From: a virus
Lineage: Duplodnaviria; Caudoviricetes
DNA: 64,000 bases
Strand: one strand, 5' to 3'
Virus record (IMG/VR): IMGVR_UViG_3300028886_000087
Coordinates: 5,559 to 69,558 of that record
Shown here: positions 30,383-39,549 of the stretch, piece after piece
How positions within the stretch are numbered: position 1 is the stretch's first letter
How the letters are laid out: every line of letters begins with the position of its first letter
Notes under the pieces: model-generated
What the model saw: only the letters and a program-made list of their open reading frames with translations
Told to the model about the DNA's origin: nothing
Database searches by the model: none
Program-made: the position numbers and the translations under genes

Positions 30383-30439
30383 TGGACAAAGTGGGAGTCG
30401 AACCCACACGCCTTACGATGCGTCCACGTTCATTTGTCC
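30383..30439 (-). ncRNA. Minimal tRNA-like RNA (no D arm)
   Basis: GGACAAA/TTTGTCC acceptor, GTGGG-TTCGACT-CCCAC T arm. Confidence 0.55.
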
Positions 30440-30454
30440 GCTTTTGACAGACCA

Positions 30455-30679
30455 CTACATGGCTAAAACTCTTGTGATGAAATCGCTTTCATCTTGAATA
30501 AGGTTATACGGGCTGTATTCGCCGTATGCTTCCATGTCTGAAACCGTGAGGATCTGCACTCCTCTGTCCAGCGTCTTTCTTCCCAGATAGGAAACGAGCG
30601 CAGAAAGAGTCTTGTCTCTCTCGGCTTCGATTGCCAAGCAGCCACGTTCGTCAAATTTCTTTGCTATTAAGTAGCACAT
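30455..30679 (-). CDS. DUF6718-like host-type protein
   Basis: MCYLIAK...GC.A...GVQILT.S...AYGEY.PY; family name from memory. Confidence 0.55.
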   Translation of the reverse strand: MCYLIAKKFDERGCLAIEAERDKTLSALVSYLGRKTLDRGVQILTVSDMEAYGEYSPYNLIQDESDFITRVLAM

Positions 30680-30870
30680 TTCTGCATCTCCTTTCTGAAA
30701 GATTCCTCATCCTTTATGACGCCTTGTTCGTACAGGTCTCTTAGGTGACGGCCAACACTTGCGTCTTCAATGTACTTGTAGACGTATATGTGCAGCCATT
30801 CATTGAATTGTCTGTCGAACGGAGTAAGTATGTAAGGTGGTGGTGATTCGCTATGAGAGATGACGTATTT
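30669..30870 (-). pseudogene. 5'-truncated reading frame upstream of the DUF6718-like gene
   Basis: Open frame SGKYVISHSESPPPYILTPFDRQF...KEMQKCAT with an upstream in-frame stop and no start codon. Confidence 0.35.
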
Positions 30871-31142
30871 ACCACTCTTTTATTCTCTCTTCTTACCTTA
30901 CATATATATTATAGCAAGCATTTTAGAATTTTTCAAATTATTTTTTGTAGTGTTTATTGAAATAACGCCATTTAGCAATTAACACACCGGCGAACCCTAC
31001 ACAGATAAGAACATCAATCATAATACAATCCTCCTATGTATACGTCCTACGTATTCTGCGGCGGGTCGCATATGTCGCGACATATAGTCTGTGTATGTCG
31101 AAACATATGCGACCGCCCGCAGAGTACATAGGTCACAACCAT

Positions 31143-31230
31143 TGGTGCGAGTGGAGGGCCACGATCCCTCAATCCCACACTGGGCACAGGTTTTTAGGAC
31201 CTGTGTGTATACCAATTCCACCACACTCGC
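31143..31230 (-). tRNA. tRNA-Leu(TAA)
   Basis: Long variable arm; loop CCTAAAA; atypical T loop. Confidence 0.85.
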
Positions 31231-31576
31231 ATAAGCGGGCGATTTCTCGCCCATGGACGTATTCCAGTTCGGCCCTCGTTCAGCCAAAGAGCCTTATTTT
31301 TTTCCTTTTAAAGTCTGGAGCTGACCTGGACTCAGCCGTCTATACGTACTCGGCGGCCGCGCTATCAAAGTTGCGAACTTAGTAGGATAGATATTACTCT
31401 ATGACATTAAGTGTCCCTACAACTACGACAGGTTTATCCGATTTCTCCTCTTGATAAATCGCCTCGTCACCAGCAAAGCGTCAACTTTCCTCACAGTATG
31501 ACCTATCGGCGCGGTATACATTCTGCAGTTATATACTTGCCTCATCTGTCTGGTATTGAAAGAATTTATATAACAT

Positions 31577-32180
31577 CTATTTTCTAATAGATGTAATATC
31601 ATCTTTAAATTTAGCAATTCTTGGAGCCAAGACATTGCCAAGATTACCACTTAAATAATCTTTAGCTACATCATTTATTATATCTTCATACTGCTCGTCA
31701 AATCTTTCTTCATATTCATCACGTCGCATAAACACCACATCATTACGGTCTGCGTAATGTTCAGAAAACTCATAATTAAGAATAAGAAATTTTTCCTCAT
31801 AAGATAACATAACTATATAGCCTTCATCAAGTAAGGCTTTAGCTACATCAAATCCTCTTTCATAATCTGTAAAAGCAAGTTCATTCTTCATAAGTATTTT
31901 CCTCACTCTTCTCTTCATAGTCTTTCCAATAGAGCATATCAAGATAATCTCTATGACCAAAAACTACGTTATTTGAGTCGGCAAACTTGAGATTACTTAC
32001 ATCTCCACCATATACCCATTCAATTTTATAGGTATCACCGATATCTCCACCGCTCATCAAAACAACATATCCATTGGATATGAGTATTTTCTGAATAGTA
32101 GATGCATCTTCATAGGATAATTGAAGATGACCCGATGCACCATGATATAAATGTTCATAAAGTTCTTGCTCTGTAAACAT
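31577..32180 (-). CDS. Two related hypothetical proteins (31577-31891, 31881-32180)
   Basis: Both have (LL/LI)..GY(I/V)V(M/L).S and D.N.VVF motifs. Confidence 0.7.
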
Positions 32181-32246
32181 AGATAATTTTCCTTTCTTAT
32201 CTTATACTATAATTATATAATAATTTTTCAGAAAATTCAAATTATA

Positions 32247-32324
32247 TGGGTCCAACGACAGGACTCTAACCTGCAATTACTGGAATCACAATCCAGCGTG
32301 TCTAACAATTCCACCACGTTGGAC
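32247..32324 (-). tRNA. tRNA-His(GTG)
   Basis: G-1:C73, CCA. Confidence 0.9.
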
Positions 32325-32328
32325 ATAA

Positions 32329-32406
32329 TGGAGAGTAGAGACGGATTCGAACCGCCGTATAACAGGGTTGCAGCCTGCTCCCTTAGCCAGACTTGGGTAT
32401 CTACTC
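32329..32406 (-). tRNA. tRNA-Cys(GCA)
   Basis: Cloverleaf, CCA. Confidence 0.9.
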
Positions 32407-32409
32407 ATA

Positions 32410-33235
32410 AATAAAAAAGTCTCCGAAGAGACTAGAGCTGAGACATTTGACTCTTTTACATACCTTCTCTTGTGGTTGGACACAAGTTGTCACACAGACG
32501 ATTAATCTGTAGGTACGACTGACACCAGTTTCAGTGGCTACTGGCAAACTCTTACTCTATGTTTTTATAGATTTCTTTTCATCACATGCTCGCTTGCGGC
32601 GTTAGGAGATTGCGGTCTCTTAGCGTTGCAACTACTCAATACTCTCTCACACTTCGTCTTGCGAACTCGGCGCGCGTCCATATTTCAGAACGATAAGTCA
32701 GTTTTCAACATAGAGTCGCATACACTTTTGCTTTAATTTATACTATAGGATTTGAACCTACGCTCTATAGTCCCTCTGGCTATTGCTTTCCCAAACTAAG
32801 CTAAGTATATGCTTTTGGACGATGGGGTATGCGTTTGAACATCCGTATCTTTTGAATACGGCCCATTCGCCACCGCCCTGCTCGTTCTTTGGAAAGAACT
32901 ACTTCTCCCTTTCACACCTATCTTTCGATTTAAGACGCTACTTTGTTCGATGAACCCAACACTTGTGTCTCCCAACACTCGCATCGAAGAACCAATAGTG
33001 CTATCCCCAGATTTCTCCGCTGAACACCACGCCGCCCGCGTGATATTTACTCATCATAGGTCTCAGCAGTTGCCCTCGACCCTTAGTAGAGCATAAGCAT
33101 TATCTATTGGTTTTCTGATGAACTCCTTTCGAAGTCGCAACCGCATTGACTTGCGATTACTTTATCCGTATTACTACGCTTATCTATCGACCCGAAACCA
33201 GCCGAAAAGTTTTTAGATTTCTCTCTCAACTTTCT
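32410..33235 (-). ncRNA. About 820-nt ORF-free transcription unit (structured ncRNA candidate) containing a degenerate tRNA at 32736-32810
   Basis: Promoter -35 33265-33270, -10 33242-33247; UUCG terminator 32411-32433. Confidence 0.55.
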
Positions 33236-33284
33236 ATATTAATTATATATAAATTTTAAAACTTTTTCAAATTTTAAGTTTCAA

Positions 33285-33360
33285 TGGCGCGCCCTGAACG
33301 AATTGCACGCTCGTCTCAACGCTTTGGAGGCGCGGATTCTTCTAATTAAACTAAGGGCGT
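33285..33360 (-). tRNA. tRNA-Trp(CCA)
   Basis: Cloverleaf, atypical T loop TGCAATT. Confidence 0.8.
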
Positions 33361-33364
33361 ATAA

Positions 33365-33440
33365 TGGTGGACCAACAAGGACTTGAACCTTGAACCGTCG
33401 GTTTATGAGACCGATGCACTAACCATTGTGCTATTGGTCC
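33365..33440 (-). tRNA. tRNA-Met/Ile2(CAT)
   Basis: GGACC acceptor resembles Ile2. Confidence 0.88.
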
Positions 33441-33443
33441 ATA

Positions 33444-33519
33444 TGGTGCTTAGAGTTAGAGTTGAACTAACGACCACTCGGGCTTCAACCGAGCGCTCTA
33501 CCAGCTGAGCTATCTAAGC
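33444..33519 (-). tRNA. tRNA-Phe(GAA)
   Basis: Cloverleaf, CCA. Confidence 0.92.
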
Positions 33520-33522
33520 ACA

Positions 33523-33607
33523 TGGTCGGAAGGGTTGGACTCGAACCAACGATGTTTCTGTGTCAGGGTTTTACAGACCCCTACCCTCGCCGCTAGGTGA
33601 CCTTCCG
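33523..33607 (-). tRNA. tRNA-Tyr(GTA)
   Basis: Long variable arm, CCA. Confidence 0.9.
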
Positions 33608-33755
33608 ATAAACAGTTAGGCAGCTACCCTTACGCATACTGTTAAATACGGATAGTTCTTTATACAGAAAACTACTATCAACATAAAGACTGGTACTATC
33701 GTGTCACGTCCTACGCCGGATTTTTCAGCTACGGGGTATCCGGAATCTACCCAAA

Positions 33756-33830
33756 TGGTATCCCGCCGCAGAATCGAACTGCGATTAATGGTTTAGAAGA
33801 CCATTATTCTATCCGTTGAACTAACAGGAC
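33756..33830 (-). tRNA. tRNA-Arg(TCT)
   Basis: Cloverleaf, CCA. Confidence 0.9.
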
Positions 33831-33833
33831 ATA

Positions 33834-33910
33834 TGGTGTACCAGAAGGGACTTGAACCCTCATCTTTCTGCTTGCAAGGCAGACGCTTTCCCAAATTAAG
33901 CTACCAGCAC
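33834..33910 (-). tRNA. tRNA-Ala(TGC)
   Basis: G3:U70, CCA. Confidence 0.88.
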
Positions 33911-34018
33911 ATAAATAAGAGGGTCGGCATGGATTATATATTATATAGTATACATCAAATATATAATACACCGTCGCGTTCTAATGACATGCAGTTCTTA
34001 TACTTCATCCCTCTTAAA

Positions 34019-34094
34019 TGGTACACGATACAGGCTCCGCCCCTGTGACCTCTAGTTTGTAAGACTAGCGTTCTCCTAACTGAACTAATCGTGC
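34019..34094 (-). tRNA. tRNA-Val(TAC)
   Basis: Atypical T loop GGCGGAG, CCA. Confidence 0.85.
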
Positions 34095-34097
34095 ATA

Positions 34098-34174
34098 TGG
34101 TACACCCTCTTGGATTTGAACCAAGCACCTCTGCGTTATCAGCACAGTGCTCTAACCTAATGAGCTAAGGGTGC
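34098..34174 (-). tRNA. tRNA-Ile(GAT)
   Basis: Cloverleaf, CCA. Confidence 0.92.
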
Positions 34175-34178
34175 ATAT

Positions 34179-34255
34179 TGGTGGGTCACTTCGGATTCGA
34201 ACCGAAACTTTATAGGGTTTGAGCCTACTTCCTCTACCGATTGGGATAGTAACCC
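34179..34255 (-). tRNA. tRNA-Leu(CAA), short variable arm
   Basis: Cloverleaf, CCA. Confidence 0.85.
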
Positions 34256-34429
34256 ATAAATTTCCAGACGCCAATCTGGAAATTAAACCTAACTTGTTGG
34301 CGCAAATTAAGTCTTTCGTGTTATTTCGGGAAACACCGAAAGTTATCTACCTTGGTAGCGTCACTTTCAAAACCCGCTAGCGCTAACCAGCATATGGTTT
34401 CACTCCTCTCAGCTACTAATATATGCAGA

Positions 34430-34507
34430 TGGTGGGTCACCTGGGATTTGAACCCAGACTGTCATGGTTCTTAGCCATGTTTCTCTACCAAATTGGAATA
34501 GTAACCC
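34430..34507 (-). tRNA. tRNA-Leu(AAG), short variable arm
   Basis: CATGG-CTAAGAA-CCATG. Confidence 0.85.
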
Positions 34508-34510
34508 TTA

Positions 34511-34586
34511 TGGCTGGCGAGAACAAGATTCGAACTTGTTACTATTCGGGAGCGACCCTAGTCTCTACCAATTGGACTACTCGCCA
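34511..34586 (-). tRNA. tRNA-like RNA with irregular anticodon arm (Gln-type acceptor)
   Basis: Good acceptor, D and T arms; anticodon arm TAGGG-TCGCT-CCCGA. Confidence 0.6.
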
Positions 34587-34591
34587 ATAAA

Positions 34592-34666
34592 TGGCATCCC
34601 ATGAAGGATTCAAACCCTCGATTCGCGGTCCGTAGCCGCGCGGTTTATTCACTAGCCTAATGGGAT
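34592..34666 (-). tRNA. tRNA-Arg(ACG)
   Basis: Cloverleaf, CCA. Confidence 0.88.
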
Positions 34667-34669
34667 ATA

Positions 34670-34784
34670 TAGTGCACGCTGAGGTACTGCCCCTCTATTT
34701 TTATATTACCTACTAATATATAAGTAGCCTAGGCTTATATACTTTCAGAAGTCATTTGACTTTCCATCTAATACTGGACGTGCA
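34670..34784 (-). ncRNA. Atypical tRNA-like RNA with expanded interior
   Basis: TGCACGT/GCGTGCA acceptor, GAGG-GGCAGTA-CCTC T-like arm. Confidence 0.4.
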
Positions 34785-34804
34785 TCAATTTGGTGCAAAC
34801 TGAA

Positions 34805-35596
34805 CTATAAATCTGCCCATTCTTCATCTGTGTATTTTTTAATTTCTGAACGTCTACGAGGTAAATTAAGATTATCGCACCATTTACGAATCGCATTATC
34901 AGTAAGATTAAATTGTTTACCTATATCTGTAAAGGTTCTGGTACGAATCATTTCTTTTAATTCATCTCTGGTAACTGGTAAAGTTTTTATAAAATTTATT
35001 TTACGTTGTTGATTATAACATGCTTGGCAATATTCATTACGTACACCTATTAATTTTCCACATATAGGACAAGCTTTTTTGCCAGCACAAACATTACCAG
35101 TTATATATGTACGAGAACGTAGTGGATATTCTAAATCTTCCATTACCCATATTAAACCACGATTAATCTGACTAATAGTAACTTGAGATACGCCATATTT
35201 ATCTCCAATCTCAGTCTGTGACAAAGTAGTATTTAATAACAATTGTTGAATTTCTTCTACATCTGTATAAGAAAGATAGTGCGGATAAGTATTTTGACCG
35301 CCTAATGTCATATTATAACCCTGACAATCTTTAAAACCCAAATAACTCTTATAGTGTTTAATCCAATATTTTTCTCGATTATTTAACTCATTTTTAGAAC
35401 ATTCTTCAATAATTTCAAATTTAAAGTTTTCTAAACCATATTTCCGAATTGCTTTATAAAATACACAATTATAATCCTGTCCACAATTGTTTAAAGAATG
35501 ACTACGATGTATTCGCCATCTTTGAGCAATATTATCAGATTGTCCTATATAAACTTTATTATTGATTAAGTTAGTAACTTTATAAATTCCTATCAT
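34805..35596 (-). CDS. GIY-YIG homing endonuclease (Seg-like) inside tRNA cluster
   Basis: GIYKVTN...KVYIGQS...RW..H; C-terminal HTH and Zn motifs. Confidence 0.9.
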   Translation of the reverse strand: MIGIYKVTNLINNKVYIGQSDNIAQRWRIHRSHSLNNCGQDYNCVFYKAIRKYGLENFKFEIIEECSKNELNNREKYWIKHYKSYLGFKDCQGYNMTLGGQNTYPHYLSYTDVEEIQQLLLNTTLSQTEIGDKYGVSQVTISQINRGLIWVMEDLEYPLRSRTYITGNVCAGKKACPICGKLIGVRNEYCQACYNQQRKINFIKTLPVTRDELKEMIRTRTFTDIGKQFNLTDNAIRKWCDNLNLPRRRSEIKKYTDEEWADL

Positions 35597-35673
35597 ACCT
35601 TTCTCCTTTATTATCTTTGTTCTATATATAAGTAACATTTTAAATAATAAAGTATGTAAGTTTGGTTCAAAAA

Positions 35674-35747
35674 TGGTGAGACCAGGCCGAGTTGAACGGC
35701 CATAAGTAAATTAAAAGTTTACTGTTCTACCCTTAAACTATGGTCCC
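35674..35747 (-). tRNA. tRNA-Lys(TTT)
   Basis: Cloverleaf, CCA. Confidence 0.88.
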
Positions 35748-35752
35748 ATATA

Positions 35753-35838
35753 TGGCCGAGCGCCAGAGAATCGAACTCTGTAGGCTGTCACGCCATCCGG
35801 GTTTTCAAGACCCGTTCCTAACCATTCGGGTACGCTCG
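35753..35838 (-). tRNA. tRNA-Ser(TGA)
   Basis: Long variable arm, CCA. Confidence 0.9.
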
Positions 35839-35840
35839 AT

Positions 35841-35914
35841 TGGAGTATCGTATGGGATTTGAACCCATGACCACGGTTTGGAAGACCGTGATGTTGCCGC
35901 TACACTAACGATAC
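35841..35914 (-). tRNA. tRNA-Gly(TCC)
   Basis: Cloverleaf, CCA. Confidence 0.92.
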
Positions 35915-35915
35915 A

Positions 35916-35991
35916 TGGAGCAGTAAATGGGTCTCGAACCCATGGCCTCCACCTTGGCAAGGTGGCGTTCTACCTACTGAACTACTACTGC
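35916..35991 (-). tRNA. tRNA-Gly(GCC)
   Basis: Cloverleaf, CCA. Confidence 0.92.
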
Positions 35992-35993
35992 AT

Positions 35994-36067
35994 TGGTGCG
36001 GGAAGGGGGAGTCGAACCCCCAATGCGTGGTCCCAAACCACGCCGTTTACCGCTAGCTTACACCCAC
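35994..36067 (-). tRNA. tRNA-Pro(TGG)
   Basis: Cloverleaf, CCA. Confidence 0.9.
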
Positions 36068-36072
36068 ATAAT

Positions 36073-36149
36073 TGGTACCGGAGGTCAGATTCGAACTGAC
36101 ACTGAATAGTTCCTAAGACTATCGCCTCCTGCCGTTGGGCTACTCCGGC
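36073..36149 (-). tRNA. tRNA-Leu(TAG), short variable arm
   Basis: Cloverleaf, CCA. Confidence 0.88.
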
Positions 36150-36154
36150 ATAAA

Positions 36155-36229
36155 TGGCGGTCTATAAGGGAGTTGAACCCTTGTCTCTCGGCTGACAACC
36201 GAATATAATAACCGTTATACTAATAGACC
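36155..36229 (-). tRNA. tRNA-Asp(GTC)
   Basis: Cloverleaf, CCA. Confidence 0.9.
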
Positions 36230-36232
36230 ATG

Positions 36233-36306
36233 TGGTAGGGATACTGGGAATCGAACCCAAGTGAACTGATTAAGAGTCAGCCATTCTACCGCTGAATTAT
36301 ATCCCT
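36233..36306 (-). tRNA. tRNA-Lys(CTT)
   Basis: Cloverleaf, CCA. Confidence 0.9.
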
Positions 36307-36311
36307 ATATT

Positions 36312-36386
36312 TGGTAATCGCACAGAGAGTCGAACTCTGATTTATAGACTGAGAATCTATTGTCCTAACCATTAGACGATGCGACC
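36312..36386 (-). tRNA. tRNA-Glu(CTC)
   Basis: Cloverleaf, CCA. Confidence 0.9.
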
Positions 36387-36390
36387 ATAT

Positions 36391-36467
36391 TGGTGATGGT
36401 ACTGGGGTTTGAACCCAGACTCTTCGGCGTGAAGGGCCGACGTGTTAGCCAATTCCACTATACCACC
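36391..36467 (-). tRNA. tRNA-Glu(TTC)
   Basis: Cloverleaf; loop CCTTCAC (C33). Confidence 0.88.
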
Positions 36468-36845
36468 ACATTTAAAAAGCGGTATTACCCACTTTGAGTA
36501 ATACCGCTTATACACTACCTTTATAGAAAATAATGCTAAATCGGTATTACCCTTTTATCCCTACCATAAAATTTTCCTGTAATAGGGGCGCATGAAACCA
36601 GGCTATCTATGATAACCTCTTCGACTCTATTCAGATTCCATGCGAACGACTTAAACATTATTTTTTCTCCTTTGTATTTGCTTGTATTTTTAAGTGGATT
36701 TTTTTAATATCCTCTCTTTAACTTTCTATATATATTATAAAAGAATTTTTAAAAAATTTCAAATTATTAGTTAATAAGTCAAAACTTATCTAATAGAGTA
36801 ACACTCTCTTATATCTGAATTATTTTCTGTTCCATTGACTACCTC

Positions 36846-37400
36846 TTACATAGTAGAATATGAAATGTTATTAGCAGTAGTTAATGTATAGCTAGGTGTT
36901 GTATAAAGTATGTTCATAGTATTATTAGTACAGAAGAAAATACCTTCACCCGCATCAAGTACTCTACTTGCAATATCTTGGTACAAAGTAGAACACATAC
37001 CATGGGCATCAGAAAGACTATCATTGTAGTATTGAACAACTTCTTTCTTAAAAATTACATAAGTAATTGGATTAGTCATTACTCCTTCAATTGTCACAAT
37101 TTCATCAACAATTGGATTGCCGCGGAATAAGTCTTCATAAATTGATGCTCTCGTACTCTTTGCTTTCTTAAACGTAGGGTTCGCTGGAATTACATTAATT
37201 TGAACAATTACACCACCAAACTCCTTTTCTGTTGGTAATACTGCGGCCATTGCATCAGCCTTTGCAGTGTTCTCTACATAGATGTTAATGATTTGTTCAT
37301 CGGTATCATATACAATACGAACTTCACTATCATGCTTAAATAACTCACACAGTTCCTTGTAGTAAATCTGCCATGGAGCAGACAGCTTTAAAATTGCCAT
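36846..37400 (-). CDS. Conserved phage hypothetical protein
   Basis: LSAPW..YY.EL..LF..D...YVVF.KEVVQY.ND.L.D..G..STLYQDIA. Confidence 0.8.
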   Translation of the reverse strand: MAILKLSAPWQIYYKELCELFKHDSEVRIVYDTDEQIINIYVENTAKADAMAAVLPTEKEFGGVIVQINVIPANPTFKKAKSTRASIYEDLFRGNPIVDEIVTIEGVMTNPITYVIFKKEVVQYYNDSLSDAHGMCSTLYQDIASRVLDAGEGIFFCTNNTMNILYTTPSYTLTTANNISYSTM

Positions 37401-37439
37401 AAAAACTTTTCTCCTTTAATCCCTTTAATATAACTAGCT

Positions 37440-37525
37440 TGGCCGAGTAACTGAGAATCGAACTCAGACAACCTCTCGGTTGGCCGCATTAGCAGTGCGG
37501 TGCGATACCATTACGCCATTACTCG
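37440..37525 (-). tRNA. tRNA-Ser(GCT)
   Basis: Long variable arm, CCA. Confidence 0.92.
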
Positions 37526-37933
37526 CTATCTAACTCATCTAACTCATCTATAACTTTTTCTAAAGCTGTTTGTGCAGCTTCAGGAGTTTTAAAATCATAA
37601 AACTTTACCACATCTCCACAACTTAAACGAAAAAATACTGTTTGTGGATAATAACGTGAAATATGCACGTCAATAATTGCGTCTTGTCGTATATATCCTT
37701 CCTGTGTTTTAATCCAACTCATTCCAATCACCCTAATGGTCTATTTTCTGTTCTATTTCTTCCCAAAATTGGTCATGTGCATTGATAAGTTTAACATTTA
37801 TATCTAAAATCCATTCCCCAAAGTCATAGAGTTTATGAAAAAACATTATAATAACGCAAACCCACCATTTAAGATACCATATAATTTCACCCCATACCCA
37901 TATTGGAGCATGTGCTATTCGATTCCAATTCAT
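37519..37933 (-). CDS. Two hypothetical proteins (37519-37722, 37733-37933)
   Basis: ORF track; first ends at the tRNA-Ser 5' end. Confidence 0.6.
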
Positions 37934-38039
37934 GTCTTTGCCTTTCGTATACGTGCGCGCAGTCGCTCATGTACGTACAATATCTGCGGCTCATGGACGT
38001 ACAAGGACGACCGGCCGCAGAATACGTACAACTTATAAA

Positions 38040-38700
38040 TCCGAGCGTAATTTAGCCTGGTACTTTGGATAGTCGGAATACCCCTTAATTTACGCAAACC
38101 AGGAAGCGTGCGTGCTTTTTGCTAGCGTGGTTTCTTCAAACACGCCACCACAATTAAAACCAGTTTACACCGTTTTTAAAATCGCTATGAAACTGGAAAA
38201 AAGTTACGATTGCTTACTTAAGGTTAAGCCAAACCTTCTTTCGGATTTTATCGTTGCCCGCCAACCTCAGGCCCTTATGTCCTGCATTAACAAAATATTC
38301 GTAGGGCGTGCAGTTTCAATCACGCGATTGGACTCTATGGATTGCGTAGACTTTATTGATTTATCACCTCGCGGCGCTGTGTTCACCCCACAGACGTTCC
38401 AATGTTGAGTCTCACATTATTGTCTTAAGCGAGTTTTAATGCTTCTCTACCTACGAAATAAATAGGGAGGGTAGTTTTCTTGACCTCTTTAATATAGCGT
38501 TTGCTCCTAAGCAGCACATTGCCGTTTCCTTATTCTCCCATGTAACCGGCCTTCGCTGTAGTGTAACTACCAAATCAATGATAACGCTGTGCCTTATTTA
38601 ACGTCGGTGGCCATCCGACAAGGGATATATAGTGGGATTTGTAGCGCGCGCTCCACGGCTGAATATTAAGTCTAATAGCCTGTTCAAGACTCCCACTAAA
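38040..38700 (-). ncRNA. About 600-nt structured ncRNA candidate (ROOL-sized)
   Basis: No coding-strand ORF; H-type pseudoknot at 38045-38103; next to tRNA-like gene. Confidence 0.45.
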
Positions 38701-38772
38701 TGGACGGGATTGGGAAGGTTCGAACTCCCTAAACTAGCTGACACTAATCCTTTCTCCGCAGATACAATCCCA
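38701..38772 (-). ncRNA. Atypical tRNA-like RNA
   Basis: GGGATTG/CAATCCC acceptor, TTCGAAC T loop, CCA, 6-nt loop TGTCAG. Confidence 0.55.
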
Positions 38773-38831
38773 TAAGCGACGCCGTGCTGCGCCCTCCGCT
38801 ATGCAGTAGTGGGTGGCACGGCCGCCATAGA

Positions 38832-39284
38832 CTAAGCTTCAACGGCTCTACAAATGAGAACTCGTTTGCAATGAGGACAACTATATACTACATAGTTATC
38901 TTCAGTGAAGGAGGTATAATCTTTGAAATCTTGTTTCTCTCCTTGAATTATTTTATGACATTCAGGGCATAGGACAATCTCTCTATCCCTATCATAAGGT
39001 ACATGAAACTCTTTTTCAAGTGTCGAAGCAAATCTCCAAAAATTTGAACCCATAATTCATACCTCTCTTAACTTTCTATATATATTATAGCAAAAATTTT
39101 ACTAATTTTCAAATTTGTTGAAGCGTTCTTCAGCGCACCATTCAGTACACCATTTATTCTTAGCAACAAACGCATGATTTTTCAAACAGTATCGTAATTC
39201 AGTTTTTACACAATGCTTACAATTTCCACAATAGCGGTCATTGTAAGGAGTATCTTTAATCTCTATATCCATTATTACCTCCAA
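38832..39284 (-). CDS. Two small Cys-rich proteins (38832-39053, 39102-39284)
   Basis: CxxC motifs. Confidence 0.6.
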
Positions 39285-39285
39285 A

Positions 39286-39545
39286 ATAAGTTGGCGCCCC
39301 GCCCTTCCAACTTCAACGTGCGCCCTCAGCCGGTTATCCCGTCGCCGTACACGTTCCTTTCAAAAAATATGCCCCGTCCTATTGCCGCAGACCAGCGCGG
39401 GCGCCTACTGCGTATGCTCATACGGGGTCTTATGTGCGGCCCAACCCGCACTGGCATGGGACTTCCCATGGAGTTCCTCGACTTTTGACTCTCACGCGTA
39501 TCGAGTGGTAGGACCGCTTGTGTTCGGATGACTTAACTCCAGCCC
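39286..39545 (-). ncRNA. GC-rich 260-nt structured RNA candidate
   Basis: Several perfect hairpins, ends in terminator-like stem. Confidence 0.4.
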
Positions 39546-39549
39546 ACGC

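Noticed and set aside
29680-30440. tmRNA
   Set aside because: 30383-30439 closes its own acceptor stem within 57 nt; no matching distant 5' end or tag frame found.
30940-31015. preQ1-like riboswitch
   Set aside because: The A-rich tail is the UP element of the adjacent promoter and the loop is far too long.
39286-39545. RNase P RNA
   Set aside because: Only a loose GAGGAA-like word; the 3' P4 strand and other conserved regions were not found.
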